From Dehalococcoidia bacterium (lineage in GTDB: Bacteria > Chloroflexota > Dehalococcoidia > SHYB01): a DNA stretch of 64,000 bases. Position numbers and translations under genes: made by a program. Below are positions 52,629 through 62,047 of this stretch, in pieces. Location: contig OZ242299.1 of NCBI GenBank assembly GCA_965207995.1, positions 1,059,533-1,123,532 on the forward strand, in the 5' to 3' direction. The first letter of the stretch is position 1; each line of letters starts with the position of its first letter. The notes under the pieces are model-generated. The model saw only the letters and a list, made by a program, of their open reading frames with translations. It was not told the origin of the DNA and ran no database searches.

Positions 52629-53894
52629 CTAGAGGAATTTTCTCGGGTCGGTGATGTATCCGGTCACCGCCGACGCCGCAACCACCGCCGGATTCGAAAG
52701 ATAGACAAAGGCCTCCGGGCTCCCCTGCCGGCCCATGAAGTTCCGGTTCGTCGACGAGATCGACACCTCGCCGTCGCCGAGCACGCCCATGTGACCCCCG
52801 AAGCACGGGCCGCACGTCGAGTGCTCGATGTTCGCCCCCGCGTCGGCGAAGACCTCCCAAAGCCCCTCCTTCAGGCACTCCCGCCAGATCGCCTGCGACG
52901 CCGGGCTGCACAGCAGCCGCACCTCGGGGTGCACCTCGCGGCCCTTCAGAATCCGCGCCGCCGCCCGGAAGTCTTCCATGCGGGCGTTGGTGCACGACCC
53001 GATCAGCGCCTGGTCGATCTTGATCTTCTCCGGCGCCAGGTCACCGATGGACTTCACGTTCGACGGATCGTGCGGGCACGCTACCTGCGGCTCCAGGTCC
53101 GTCACGTCGAGCGTGAGACGCTCGGCGTAGTGCGCGTCCTCGTCAGGGAAGACGTGCTCATAGGAGCGGTCAACCCGCCCCTCCAGAAATTCGTCCACCT
53201 TCTCGTCGGCCTCGAAGATGGCGAACTTCGCCCCCATCTCGACGCCCATGTTCGAAATCGTCCACCGGCTCGAAAGCGACATCGCCTCCGCGGCCGGGCC
53301 CCGGAACTCCATCGACTTGTAGAGGCCGACCTCGCTCCCCCACGTCCCCAGGATCTTCAGCACGATGTCCTTCCCGAAGATGAAGTCGTCGACCCCCGCA
53401 TACGTCCCTTCGAGGCGGACCTCCATGCTTTCCGGAACGCGGAACCAATACTCGCCGAAGATCAGGCAGAGCAGGCTGTCCATCGCCGCGTTCGTCGCGC
53501 AGGCGTTGAAGACGCCCCCGGACGTCGAGTGGGAGTCCGGCATGGCGATCAGGTCGCCCGGCGCGATCATCCCGTTTTCCGGATAGAGTTGGTGCAGGAT
53601 GCCGTGGCGCCCGTACTCCCAGTAGTTCTTGATCCCGAAGTCCTTCACCGCCTGCCGCAGCTTTATGACCTGGTTGGCCGCCACCACGGAGGGCGGCGGC
53701 GCCAGGTGGTCCTCGACCATGTAGACCCCGTCGGGATTCGCCAGCTCGGTCACGCCGAGCTCGTAGAGCTGCGCCAGTTGGGTGTTCGCCGATGTCGCCG
53801 TCGCGTCGACGCGGCACCAGAGGAACTCTCCCGGCTTCACCTCGTCCCGGTCGCCGTGAGCGGCGAGTATCTTCTCCGCTATGGTCATTCCCAT
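52629..53894 (-). CDS. aconitase-family dehydratase large subunit (LeuC/HacA-like)
   Basis: Start MGMTIAEKILAAH at 53894. Fe-S ligand motifs IGSCTNARMED and STCGPCFGGHMG. Confidence 0.88.
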   Translation of the reverse strand: MGMTIAEKILAAHGDRDEVKPGEFLWCRVDATATSANTQLAQLYELGVTELANPDGVYMVEDHLAPPPSVVAANQVIKLRQAVKDFGIKNYWEYGRHGILHQLYPENGMIAPGDLIAMPDSHSTSGGVFNACATNAAMDSLLCLIFGEYWFRVPESMEVRLEGTYAGVDDFIFGKDIVLKILGTWGSEVGLYKSMEFRGPAAEAMSLSSRWTISNMGVEMGAKFAIFEADEKVDEFLEGRVDRSYEHVFPDEDAHYAERLTLDVTDLEPQVACPHDPSNVKSIGDLAPEKIKIDQALIGSCTNARMEDFRAAARILKGREVHPEVRLLCSPASQAIWRECLKEGLWEVFADAGANIEHSTCGPCFGGHMGVLGDGEVSISSTNRNFMGRQGSPEAFVYLSNPAVVAASAVTGYITDPRKFL

Positions 53895-54036
53895 GGGCCG
53901 TTCCTCAATTCCGCGGTGCGGGCCGCGCATCCGCCGGCGCGTGTAAGATACCCGCCGTGGCGTTCGGTTCGGAGAGCCAACAGTTTAGCAACAAGAGCGA
54001 TAGACCACCAACGTTGGTGGAGGGGAAGGTAGCGGC

Positions 54037-54996
54037 GTGAAGCAGACGACACGGCTCCAGGAGCTCTTCCATAGCGGCGAGGTCTTCATCATCCCCGGAG
54101 GGGCCTGCGCCCTCCACGCGCGCATCTACGAGGCGGCGGGCTACGACTGCGCCTACATGTCCGGCGCGCAGACCAGCGCCCACATCCTCGGCATCCCCGA
54201 CGCCGGCCTCATCACCATGACCGAGATGGTCGAGAACGCGGGGCGCATGGCCGCCGCCGTTGACATACCCGTCATCTCCGACGCCGACCAGGGGTTCGGC
54301 AACGCCATCAACGTCCGCCGCACCGTGGCCTCGTTCATCCGTGCCGGCGTCGCCGGCATCCACATCGAAGACCAGCCGATGCCCAAGCGGTGCGGCAACG
54401 TCATGGGCAAGACCGTTATCCCCGTCGAGGAGGCCGTCGGCAAGTACCAAGCCGCCGTCGACGCCAAGAACGACCTCGATCCCGACTTCGTCGTCATCGC
54501 TCGCTGCGACGCCCGGGGCGCCGCCGGCGGCACCGTCGACGAGGCCATCCGCAGGCTCCGCGCCTACAAGGAGACCGGCGTCGACGTCCTTTATTTCGAG
54601 CAGCCCCTGAGCCTCGACGAGATCCGCACCGTCCGCGCCGCCGTCGACGGCCCCCTCATGGCGACCACCCACCTCCTCCAGCCCCCGCCAAGCCCCGAAG
54701 AGCTCGGCGCCGCCGGCCTCTCCGCCGTCTTCATCCCCGGCCTGATCCTCGAGCCGTCCCTGAAAGCCGCGTGGGAGTACGCCCACGATTTCAAGGCGCG
54801 CGGCTACGAGGCGCAGCGGGAGCTGGCCGAGAAGGAGTGGCGCTACCCCATGCCCCACGTCTTCGACGTCGTCGGCTTCCCCAAGGTCTTCGAGTGGGAG
54901 GAGAAGTACCTGCCCGCGGAAGACGTCCAGCAGCGGTACGAGGGGTCGGTCGGCGGCTACGACCCGCGGGCTTCCGCGCGGGCCGGCGGGGGTTAG
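54037..54996 (+). CDS. isocitrate lyase/PEP mutase superfamily lyase, paralog B
   Basis: GTG start. VKQTTRLQELF (same N-terminus as paralog A), SDADQGFGNAINVRRTV..IHIEDQPMPKRCGNVMGK..IARCDAR. Confidence 0.85.
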   Translation: MKQTTRLQELFHSGEVFIIPGGACALHARIYEAAGYDCAYMSGAQTSAHILGIPDAGLITMTEMVENAGRMAAAVDIPVISDADQGFGNAINVRRTVASFIRAGVAGIHIEDQPMPKRCGNVMGKTVIPVEEAVGKYQAAVDAKNDLDPDFVVIARCDARGAAGGTVDEAIRRLRAYKETGVDVLYFEQPLSLDEIRTVRAAVDGPLMATTHLLQPPPSPEELGAAGLSAVFIPGLILEPSLKAAWEYAHDFKARGYEAQRELAEKEWRYPMPHVFDVVGFPKVFEWEEKYLPAEDVQQRYEGSVGGYDPRASARAGGG

Positions 54997-55505
54997 CTCA
55001 GCAGGGCGACGACGGCGGACGGAAGGTCGGCGGTGCTGCGCTCGATCGGCGGCATCTCCTCGCCGTTCCTGGCCGCCTCGTCCAGCCCCTTGTCGAGGGC
55101 CGCGAGCACACGGTCGAGGCTCGCCATTTCCTCGGCGTCCAGATACCGGGTAACGGTCCGCACGCGGCTGAGCGTGCGCTCGTGGACACGTTCCTGCAGC
55201 GTCTTGCCCTCGGCCGTGAGCTTGACGAGAACCAGCCGCCGGTTCGTGGGGTCTTCCAGCCGCTCCGTCAGTCCCATCGAGACCAGCTTGTCCACCATGC
55301 CCGTCGCCGCGCCGCGCGTGACCCCCGTGAGGCGCGCAATCTGGGTCATGAACATCGGCCCGTTGCTGAGCTCGCGAAGGACCTTCAACTGGCTGACGGT
55401 AAGAGAGTCGACGGCCCCCGCCCCTTCAAACTCGGCGGTGAGGAAGCTCACGAGCCTGCTCACCGTGGCACGGAGCCGTTCGTCGATGTCGTGGTGGATG
55501 ACCAA
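54993..55505 (-). CDS. MarR-family transcriptional regulator
   Basis: LTVSQLKVLRELSNGPMFMTQIARLTGVTRGAATGMVDKLVSMGLTERLEDPTNRRLVLVKLTAEGK is a winged-HTH MarR pattern. Confidence 0.88.
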   Translation of the reverse strand: MVIHHDIDERLRATVSRLVSFLTAEFEGAGAVDSLTVSQLKVLRELSNGPMFMTQIARLTGVTRGAATGMVDKLVSMGLTERLEDPTNRRLVLVKLTAEGKTLQERVHERTLSRVRTVTRYLDAEEMASLDRVLAALDKGLDEAARNGEEMPPIERSTADLPSAVVALLS

Positions 55506-55591
55506 ACCCTCCGGGAAAGCTCGCGGAATTATACAACGATTGTGCGCCCCGTCACAAAGCCCATCGTTTAGATGATAAACCTTTCATTATC

Positions 55592-55620
55592 TTGACAGTG
55601 CAGGTGTCGTGCGGTAGCTT
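55592..55620 (+). promoter_or_regulatory. sigma70-like promoter TTGACA-N17-TAGCTT for SBP-3, overlapped by an AT-rich pseudo-palindrome (candidate MarR operator)
   Basis: ttgaca 55592-55597, a 17-nt spacer and tagctt 55615-55620. Immediately upstream is tagatgataaacctttcattatctt (55569-55593), an imperfect palindrome. Confidence 0.45.
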
Positions 55621-55717
55621 GGCACGACCCTGCATCGGGGTGGGACGCCGGTGCTCCCGGGCTCCGCTTACCCGATGGCTACGAACCTTCGCTTGCAGAA
55701 AGGTAGGGAGGGTTGGC

Positions 55718-57673
55718 ATGAAGACTCTACGACGCAGGTTCACTCGCCGCTTCGCTAGTCTCGCGGTCTTGGGCGTGATCATCGCCCTGGTTGCGGCCGC
55801 GTGCGCATCGGAAGGGCCGCCTGGCCCCGCAGGACCGGCGGGCCCAGCAGGGCCGGCAGGACCCGCAGGACCGGCAGGACCCGCGGGACCGCAGGGGCCC
55901 GAAGGACCGCAGGGCGGCGACGCCATGCCCGCGCCGACGGCGACGCCGGTGCCCCCTACCGCGACCCCCGAGCCCCCGAAGGCGATGTTCATGACGCCTG
56001 ACGAGCTCATACCGGAGGGTCTAGAGCAAGCCCACCCGCTCATCTACCAGTACCACTGGAGCCGCTTGGCGCCGCCCGCCGCCGGCCCGCCGGACACCGG
56101 CGGAACGCTACGGCTCAGCATCTCCTTCGAGCCGAATAACTGGTCGTCCTTGGAAGGCAACTTCGGCACCCTGATCTACGGCACCCTGGTCTACAACGGG
56201 CTGGTCCGCGCCGACATGCGCCTGTCCGAGGCGCTGAAGGGTAACGACAACCTCCGGGCCCTCGTCGTCGCCTGCGACCTCTGCGAGAGCTTTGAGGTCA
56301 AGTCGCCGTCCCAATACGTCTTCAACCTGCGCGAGGGCGCCCAGTGGCACCAGACCGACCCGCTGAACGGCAGGCCGATCACCGCGGCCGACGTCAAGTC
56401 AGCCTATGACCGGTACCTCGACACCGGCGCCCTTCGGCAGTACGGCCAGTTCCAGACCGTCGAGAGCATCGAGGCTCCCGACGACAGCACGGTCGTCATC
56501 AACCTCAAGTTCCCGCGCTCCGGCTTCCTCGAAGCGATTACCGCCCCGGCGTTCATGATCCTGCCTCCTGAGGCCTTCGATAGAGAGGGCGGGGCAGCGG
56601 TGGAGCCGCCGCTCGGTTCCGGCTCCTTCGTCTTGAAGGAGCACCAGCGCGGCGCGCGGCTCGTCTTCGAGAGCAATCCAAACTACTTCAAGACCGACGA
56701 GTTCGGCATCCAAATCCCGTACCTCGACCAGATCGAAGTCACCGCCCTGGACGCCACCGCGCGGTCGGCTGCCTGGAGGACGGGCAACCTCGACCAGACC
56801 CTGGCGCTCAACAATGCGACGGTGACGTCGCTCCTCCAGGAAGAGACCGTCCCCGACACGGCCAACCTCCGCATCGAGGAGGCGAACACCGCGGGCGCCT
56901 CCTTCTTCCAGATGCAGCTCCGCGAGGCGCCCTTCAACGACATCCGGGTCCGCCGGGCCCTGTCGATGGCGATCGACCGAGAGCTCATGATCGAGCTCGC
57001 CCATCAGGTCGGCTACTGCCAGCCGCAGGCGATTCCAACGTGGTGGCAGGGTTTGAGCTACCCGCCGGCCTGCGGTGAGGCCGCATGGACCGAGTACAAC
57101 CCCGACGCCGCGCGCGACCTCCTCGCCCAGGCCGGCTTCGGGCCGGATAACCCGCTCGAGTTCACCTTGACCGGGCATGGCACGGGCGGCGAAATCAATC
57201 CGCGCTTCATCGCCATGTTCGAGGTCGCCCAGCAGTCGTGGGAGGACATTGGCGTCAACGTCAACATTGTCACCATCGAGCGGACCCTATTGGAGAGCCA
57301 ACTCCGTAGTAGGGAATTCACCGGCATGATCGGCGGCACGGGCGTCGGCGGCGGCAACGACTTGGACTCCTACGCTCAGAAGGTCCGAAGCGATGGGCCG
57401 GAGAACTTCTCCGGCATCAACGACCCTGAGATCGACCGCTTGGTCGACCTCCAGCAACGGAGCGTCGACCAAGCGGAGCGCCGCCAAGCGGCCACCGCCC
57501 TGGCCCAGCGGTTGGACGACCAGGTCTACCTGCTCGCGTTGACCTCGGGGTACTTCGGCGAGTTCACCCGCCCCTACATCCAGAACTGGGCCACCCACGC
57601 CCTCTACCTCTGGATGCACGGGTTCGGTTCGCACGCAATGGAGAACACTTGGATTCTTGAGTCGGCCCGCTGA
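55718..57673 (+). CDS. ABC transporter substrate-binding lipoprotein (family 5), SBP-3, with collagen-like tether
   Basis: RBS aggtagggagg precedes ATG 55718. MKTLRRRFTRRFASLAVLGVIIALVAAAC lipobox, GPP(GPA)7GPQGPEGPQ, a PT linker and a family-5 body. Confidence 0.88.
   Translation: MKTLRRRFTRRFASLAVLGVIIALVAAACASEGPPGPAGPAGPAGPAGPAGPAGPAGPQGPEGPQGGDAMPAPTATPVPPTATPEPPKAMFMTPDELIPEGLEQAHPLIYQYHWSRLAPPAAGPPDTGGTLRLSISFEPNNWSSLEGNFGTLIYGTLVYNGLVRADMRLSEALKGNDNLRALVVACDLCESFEVKSPSQYVFNLREGAQWHQTDPLNGRPITAADVKSAYDRYLDTGALRQYGQFQTVESIEAPDDSTVVINLKFPRSGFLEAITAPAFMILPPEAFDREGGAAVEPPLGSGSFVLKEHQRGARLVFESNPNYFKTDEFGIQIPYLDQIEVTALDATARSAAWRTGNLDQTLALNNATVTSLLQEETVPDTANLRIEEANTAGASFFQMQLREAPFNDIRVRRALSMAIDRELMIELAHQVGYCQPQAIPTWWQGLSYPPACGEAAWTEYNPDAARDLLAQAGFGPDNPLEFTLTGHGTGGEINPRFIAMFEVAQQSWEDIGVNVNIVTIERTLLESQLRSREFTGMIGGTGVGGGNDLDSYAQKVRSDGPENFSGINDPEIDRLVDLQQRSVDQAERRQAATALAQRLDDQVYLLALTSGYFGEFTRPYIQNWATHALYLWMHGFGSHAMENTWILESAR
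55814..55912 (+). repeat. coding (Gly-X-Y)11 collagen-like repeat
   Basis: Codons ggg ccg cct / ggc ccc gca / gga ccg gcg ... read directly: 11 uninterrupted GXY triplets followed by GGDAMP, as in SBP-2. Confidence 0.9.
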
Positions 57674-57723
57674 CGTAGGCCACCATACGGCAGCGGCAAA
57701 GGACCGCAAGGATCATCGATTTG

Positions 57724-57757
57724 GGTACAGGGCGCCGTCCTCCCGGCGCCCTGTACC
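57724..57757 (+). terminator. rho-independent-type terminator after SBP-3
   Basis: Perfect 13-bp stem ggtacagggcgcc-gtcctccc-ggcgccctgtacc followed by atttgt, 50 nt after the stop. Confidence 0.6.
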
Positions 57758-57833
57758 ATTTGTAGGCCCAATCAGGGGCCATAGCTTGACCGGCCCCGCG
57801 CGCGGGGTCCGATAGGAAGTGCGAGGGGGACGT

Positions 57834-58946
57834 ATGGACATCCCGCCGCCGACACAGCAAGACTGCGCCCAGTTCGACTTCATCGAAGGGCTCAAGGTCC
57901 ACAACTACACCAAGTACGTGCGGTCGATCCTCGACGACTACCCCGGCCGCGCCCGGGCCTACGAGCAGGAACGCGGCTACGCCCCGAGGAGCATCGAAGA
58001 GGCGGGCATCCTGATTGAACAGGACCCCCTCTACGCCTTCGCCGCCTCCATCGCCCACTACTCCCAGGCCTACATGTGGCTCGCGGTCCGCGACTCGCTG
58101 ACCCCGCACGAGGACATGCTGACGTCCCAGGTCGACGAGCTGCTGCCCCCCAACCCCAAGGGCAAGCTCGAGCTCGATCCCGACCTCAGGCTGCCCAAGT
58201 GGTACACCGAGGTCGACACCCACCTCCAGCTCGGCGGCTACGGCGGCGACCCGCTCGTCGCTTTCATCTATACCAGGGGCCTCCCCATCTTCCGCACGCG
58301 CTGGCGCAAGCAGGGCTACCCCAAGGAGACCTTCTTGGCCTTCGCCCACATGGCCCCCCGCCGCGACTACAAGCGCATCCTCGACATGGGCTGCGCCGCC
58401 GGCGGCAGCACCATGATCCTCCGCGAGGCCTTCCCCGACGCCGAGGAAGTCATCGGCATCGACTTCGCCGAGCAGGCCCTCAAGTGGGGCCACATCGCCG
58501 CCGAGGACAAGGGCTTCGAGATCACCCTCGCCCAACGCGACGCCGCCGACACCGGCTACGAGGACGGAAGCTTCGACCTCGTCTCCTCACACTTCCTCTA
58601 TCACGAGACCCCGCCCGACGTGATGCTGCGCTCGCTGCGCGAGTGCTACCGCCTCCTCGAGCCCGGCGGGCACCTCCTCATGATGGAGCTCCCCTGGTAT
58701 CACGCCATCGAGCCCCAGTACGGCTTCATGCTAGAGTTCGACACCCGCGGCAACGCCGAGCCCTTCCTCGGCCCCACCCACTCCATGAACGTCCCGGCAA
58801 TCCTCAGCGACATCGGCTTCGAAAACGTCCGCGAGGGGCCCAACCCCTACCATGACGAGACCTACTTCGGCGGAGTCGGCCTTATGCGCGACGGCCGTTT
58901 CCACGATTGGCAGCGCTGGGTGACGCAGGCGGACAAACCTCTCTAG
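57834..58946 (+). CDS. class I SAM-dependent methyltransferase with a ~170-aa N-terminal extension
   Basis: ILDMGCAAGGSTMIL (motif I), VIGIDFAEQAL, DLVSSHFLYHE and LLEPGGHLLMMEL. ATG 57834 follows gaggggga. Confidence 0.8.
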   Translation: MDIPPPTQQDCAQFDFIEGLKVHNYTKYVRSILDDYPGRARAYEQERGYAPRSIEEAGILIEQDPLYAFAASIAHYSQAYMWLAVRDSLTPHEDMLTSQVDELLPPNPKGKLELDPDLRLPKWYTEVDTHLQLGGYGGDPLVAFIYTRGLPIFRTRWRKQGYPKETFLAFAHMAPRRDYKRILDMGCAAGGSTMILREAFPDAEEVIGIDFAEQALKWGHIAAEDKGFEITLAQRDAADTGYEDGSFDLVSSHFLYHETPPDVMLRSLRECYRLLEPGGHLLMMELPWYHAIEPQYGFMLEFDTRGNAEPFLGPTHSMNVPAILSDIGFENVREGPNPYHDETYFGGVGLMRDGRFHDWQRWVTQADKPL

Positions 58947-58965
58947 AAAGCGAGCGAGGCCTCCC

Positions 58966-59244
58966 ATGCCCAAGGACTGGACCGTCGTTCCGCCGTATCA
59001 CGGCCTCAAGGACCCCGAGGCGGACAGGCTCTTCGGCGTCATCCTCTCGCTCGGCGTCGAGGTCTGGACGCTCCGAGACCGCATCAACCTCCTGGAAGAA
59101 GTCCTCGAGGCCAAGGGCATCGACGTCAAGGCCGAGATCGACACCCGCGCCCGCGATAACAACCGCATCCCCGAGCTGGAGGAGGATCGCGACGCCTTCA
59201 TGGAGCGCTTCCTCCGCGCCCTCGACCTGCGCTTCCGCGCCTAG
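58966..59244 (+). CDS. hypothetical protein (92 aa)
   Basis: Coding-like, charged helical sequence between the methyltransferase and the M24 gene. I recognise no family. Confidence 0.45.
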   Translation: MPKDWTVVPPYHGLKDPEADRLFGVILSLGVEVWTLRDRINLLEEVLEAKGIDVKAEIDTRARDNNRIPELEEDRDAFMERFLRALDLRFRA

Positions 59245-59269
59245 CAACCCTCGAGAAACTGGCAGCTCC

Positions 59270-60508
59270 ATGAGGGAACAGCAACTCCGCCGCGCCATGA
59301 ACGAGCAGGGCATCGACGCCCTCCTCGTCACCACGCCGCAGAACGTCTTCTACCTCACCGGCTACCGCGTCTTCGGCTTCACCCACTTCGAGTCCTTCGC
59401 CATCCTCCCCGCCGACGCCGCCGAGCCCGCCCTCGTCACCGGCCACTTCGGACTGCTGCAGGTCGCCGGCGCCTGCGACCGCCCCCTGCGCCTCTTCACC
59501 TTCGACGACACCCACTTCAACGCCGTCTTTCCCACCGACCTCGCCTCCCCCATCGTCCCCTGGCCAACCGCCCCCGAGGCCGAACAGCGCCTGGCCGCCG
59601 TCCTCTCACGGACCCAGCGCACCGGCGCCGTCGACCCCGTCGACGCCCTTGCGGTCGCCCTGGACTCGCTCGGCCTCTCCAACGCCCGCCTCGCCTTCGA
59701 CGACCTCAACCTCGCCCTCCGCCTCAACCAGGACGCGCAGGTCGACCCGCGCCCCGTCGACGCCCGCCCCCTCCTCCAGTCGGTCCGGCTCGTCAAGACC
59801 CCCGGCGAGCTCGCCGCCATGAGAAAGGCCGCCGCCCTCACCCAGGAAGCCTTCTCTGAAGCCATCGCGGCGGCCCGCCCGGGCACCGCGACCGCCGCCA
59901 TCGGCCGTATCTTCAACACCGAGCTCGCCAAGCGCGGCGCAACGACCCCTATCGGCGCCAAGGGCTTCGGCATGGCCCAGATGCTGCACCCCACTCTCGA
60001 ACCCGGCGCACTCGTCCCCTGCGCCGCCATCGCCGTCCACGACTGGTACAACACCGACATGGGCCGCACCCTCGTCGTCGGCCCGCCCACCGCCGAGCAG
60101 CGACGCATCCACGGCCTCCTCGAGTCGGCCTTCGACGCCCTCGAGGAACGCATGCGGCCCGGCGCGGCCACCCGCGACGTCTTCCCCATCATCGAAGACA
60201 GCGTCCGGCGCGGCGGCGGCGACCCCGGCCGCCTCGCCCTCTATGTCCACGCGATCGGCATCGACAGCTACGACTACGGCCACAACGCCCGCCAACCCGG
60301 CTTCATGCTCGAAGAAGGCGCCACCTTCTGCGTCTATGCCCTCTATATGGCCCCCGAGGCCGGCGGCGCGGCATTCATCGAAGAGGAATACGCCATCGGT
60401 GAGTCCGGGCCGGAGGCGCTCTACACCATCCCTCGCAGGCTCATCGAAGTAACGGCGGACGGCATCGGCGCCGAGGCCGCGATGGCTGGAACGGCGGGCC
60501 GCTCATGA
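59270..60508 (+). CDS. M24-family protein (Xaa-Pro dipeptidase / creatinase-like)
   Basis: ATG 59270 inside a longer track ORF. Creatinase_N-like N-terminus MREQQLRRAMNEQGIDALLVTTPQNVFYLTGY. The pita-bread region HDWYNTDMGRT...HAIGID...IEEEY has partly non-canonical metal-ligand positions by eye. Confidence 0.75.
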   Translation: MREQQLRRAMNEQGIDALLVTTPQNVFYLTGYRVFGFTHFESFAILPADAAEPALVTGHFGLLQVAGACDRPLRLFTFDDTHFNAVFPTDLASPIVPWPTAPEAEQRLAAVLSRTQRTGAVDPVDALAVALDSLGLSNARLAFDDLNLALRLNQDAQVDPRPVDARPLLQSVRLVKTPGELAAMRKAAALTQEAFSEAIAAARPGTATAAIGRIFNTELAKRGATTPIGAKGFGMAQMLHPTLEPGALVPCAAIAVHDWYNTDMGRTLVVGPPTAEQRRIHGLLESAFDALEERMRPGAATRDVFPIIEDSVRRGGGDPGRLALYVHAIGIDSYDYGHNARQPGFMLEEGATFCVYALYMAPEAGGAAFIEEEYAIGESGPEALYTIPRRLIEVTADGIGAEAAMAGTAGRS

Positions 60509-61305
60509 GCCCGACCCGAAAAGGCTACGTCGCCCTCGACCACGGCCAGGTCCACTACCGCGAGGCCGGCAATGGCCCATGCCTCGTCTTCCTCCACCAA
60601 GCCGCCGGCGACTCTCGGGCCTTCGAACCGGTGATCGACCTGCTGACCGGCGGCTACCGCTGCGTCGCCATCGACCTCCCCGGCTTCGGAAGGTCCGACT
60701 ACGCGCCCGAGGCGCTGACCGTGCCCGGCTACGCGGCCGTCGTGATCGAGACCCTGGACGCCTTGGGCGTCGACCGCGCCAGCCTCTTCGGCCAGCACGG
60801 CGGCGCTGCCGTCGCCGCCGAGATCGCCGCGAGTCAACCCGGCCGCGTCGAGCGCCTGATTCTCTCGGGCTCCCCGCTGTACACCAAGGAGCAAGGCGAG
60901 GCCAACCTCGCCGGCTTCCCCCGCCTCGTCCTCAAAGAGGACGGCAGCCATCTCATCGACTTCTACACCTACATGGCCACCTGGACCCCGCCGAAGGACG
61001 ACGCCGAAGCCAAGGCGATGACCTACGAGCTCGTCGGACGCCTCCGGCCCGGCCCGAGAAATGTGGAGGCCTACGCCGCCGCCTTCACCTACGATCTCGA
61101 AGCTAGCCTGCGCCGTATCAGCGCGCCGACCCTGGTGCTGGCGGGCGAGAAGGCCCCCGGCGTCAAGGACGTCGAGCCCGTCTGCTCCTTCCTGGCCGAC
61201 GCCAGCAGCGCTATCGTTCCCAACGTCGGCAACTGGCTGGAGGCGGAGCCCCGCGTCTTGGCCGATATCGTGCGGGGCTTTCTCGAACAAGACGGACAGC
61301 AATAG
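60505..61305 (+). CDS. alpha/beta-fold protein with atypical nucleophile elbow (G-Q-H-G-G)
   Basis: VFLHQAAGD and SLFGQHGGAAVAAEIA. Paralog of 30196..31035. ATGA overlap with the M24 gene. Confidence 0.7.
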   Translation: MSPTRKGYVALDHGQVHYREAGNGPCLVFLHQAAGDSRAFEPVIDLLTGGYRCVAIDLPGFGRSDYAPEALTVPGYAAVVIETLDALGVDRASLFGQHGGAAVAAEIAASQPGRVERLILSGSPLYTKEQGEANLAGFPRLVLKEDGSHLIDFYTYMATWTPPKDDAEAKAMTYELVGRLRPGPRNVEAYAAAFTYDLEASLRRISAPTLVLAGEKAPGVKDVEPVCSFLADASSAIVPNVGNWLEAEPRVLADIVRGFLEQDGQQ

Positions 61306-61315
61306 GAGGTTCGCG

Positions 61316-62023
61316 ATGCCCCAATGGGACGACGTGATGACGGACAACGACAAGAAGCTCATGGGCATGGGCTTCGACATGCGCAAGCCGACCGGCTTCG
61401 GCGAGAACCCCGCTTTGGTCGTCATCGACATGAACAAGGGCGCGGTCGGTGAAGACTCGCCCGTCTACGAGCAGTTCGACCGCTACCCCCGCACCTGCGG
61501 CGAATACGGCTGGCGCGCCCTCCCCTACATCCAGCGCATCCTCGCAAAGGCGCGCGAGACCAAGATCCCCATCGTCTACAGCCGGCACGTCTTCCGGGCC
61601 ACCCACGGCCTGCCCCGGCACGACGATCCGGAATTCGCCTACAGCGAGCTCAGCCCCCAGTCGGAGATCGTCGATGAACTCGCCCCCGAGCCGGGAGAGC
61701 TGATGATCGAAAAGACGCGGGCCAGCGTCTTCTTCAGCACGCCGCTCCTCTACGTCCTGATGAACCAGAAAGTCGACACCCTCATCATCACCGGCAACTC
61801 CACGAGCGGCTGCGTCCGCGCCACCGTCGTCGACGCCTCCTACTACTCACCCGCGTTCAAGGTCGTCATGGCCGAGGAGGCGATCTTCGACCGCATCGAG
61901 CTCTCCCACAAGGCGGGCCTTTTCGACATGCAGCTCAAGTACGCCGACCTGAAGACAACCGACGAAATCATCGCCTACCTCGACCAAGTCCAGGCAGTCA
62001 GGGCCGAGACGGCGACGGCCTAG
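61316..62023 (+). CDS. isochorismatase-family cysteine hydrolase, paralog 3
   Basis: RBS aggagg before ATG 61316. ALVVIDMNKG (Asp) and GNSTSGCVRATVVDA (Cys). Confidence 0.85.
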   Translation: MPQWDDVMTDNDKKLMGMGFDMRKPTGFGENPALVVIDMNKGAVGEDSPVYEQFDRYPRTCGEYGWRALPYIQRILAKARETKIPIVYSRHVFRATHGLPRHDDPEFAYSELSPQSEIVDELAPEPGELMIEKTRASVFFSTPLLYVLMNQKVDTLIITGNSTSGCVRATVVDASYYSPAFKVVMAEEAIFDRIELSHKAGLFDMQLKYADLKTTDEIIAYLDQVQAVRAETATA

Positions 62024-62047
62024 ACCCAGCCCACCGGAGGCTCCACC

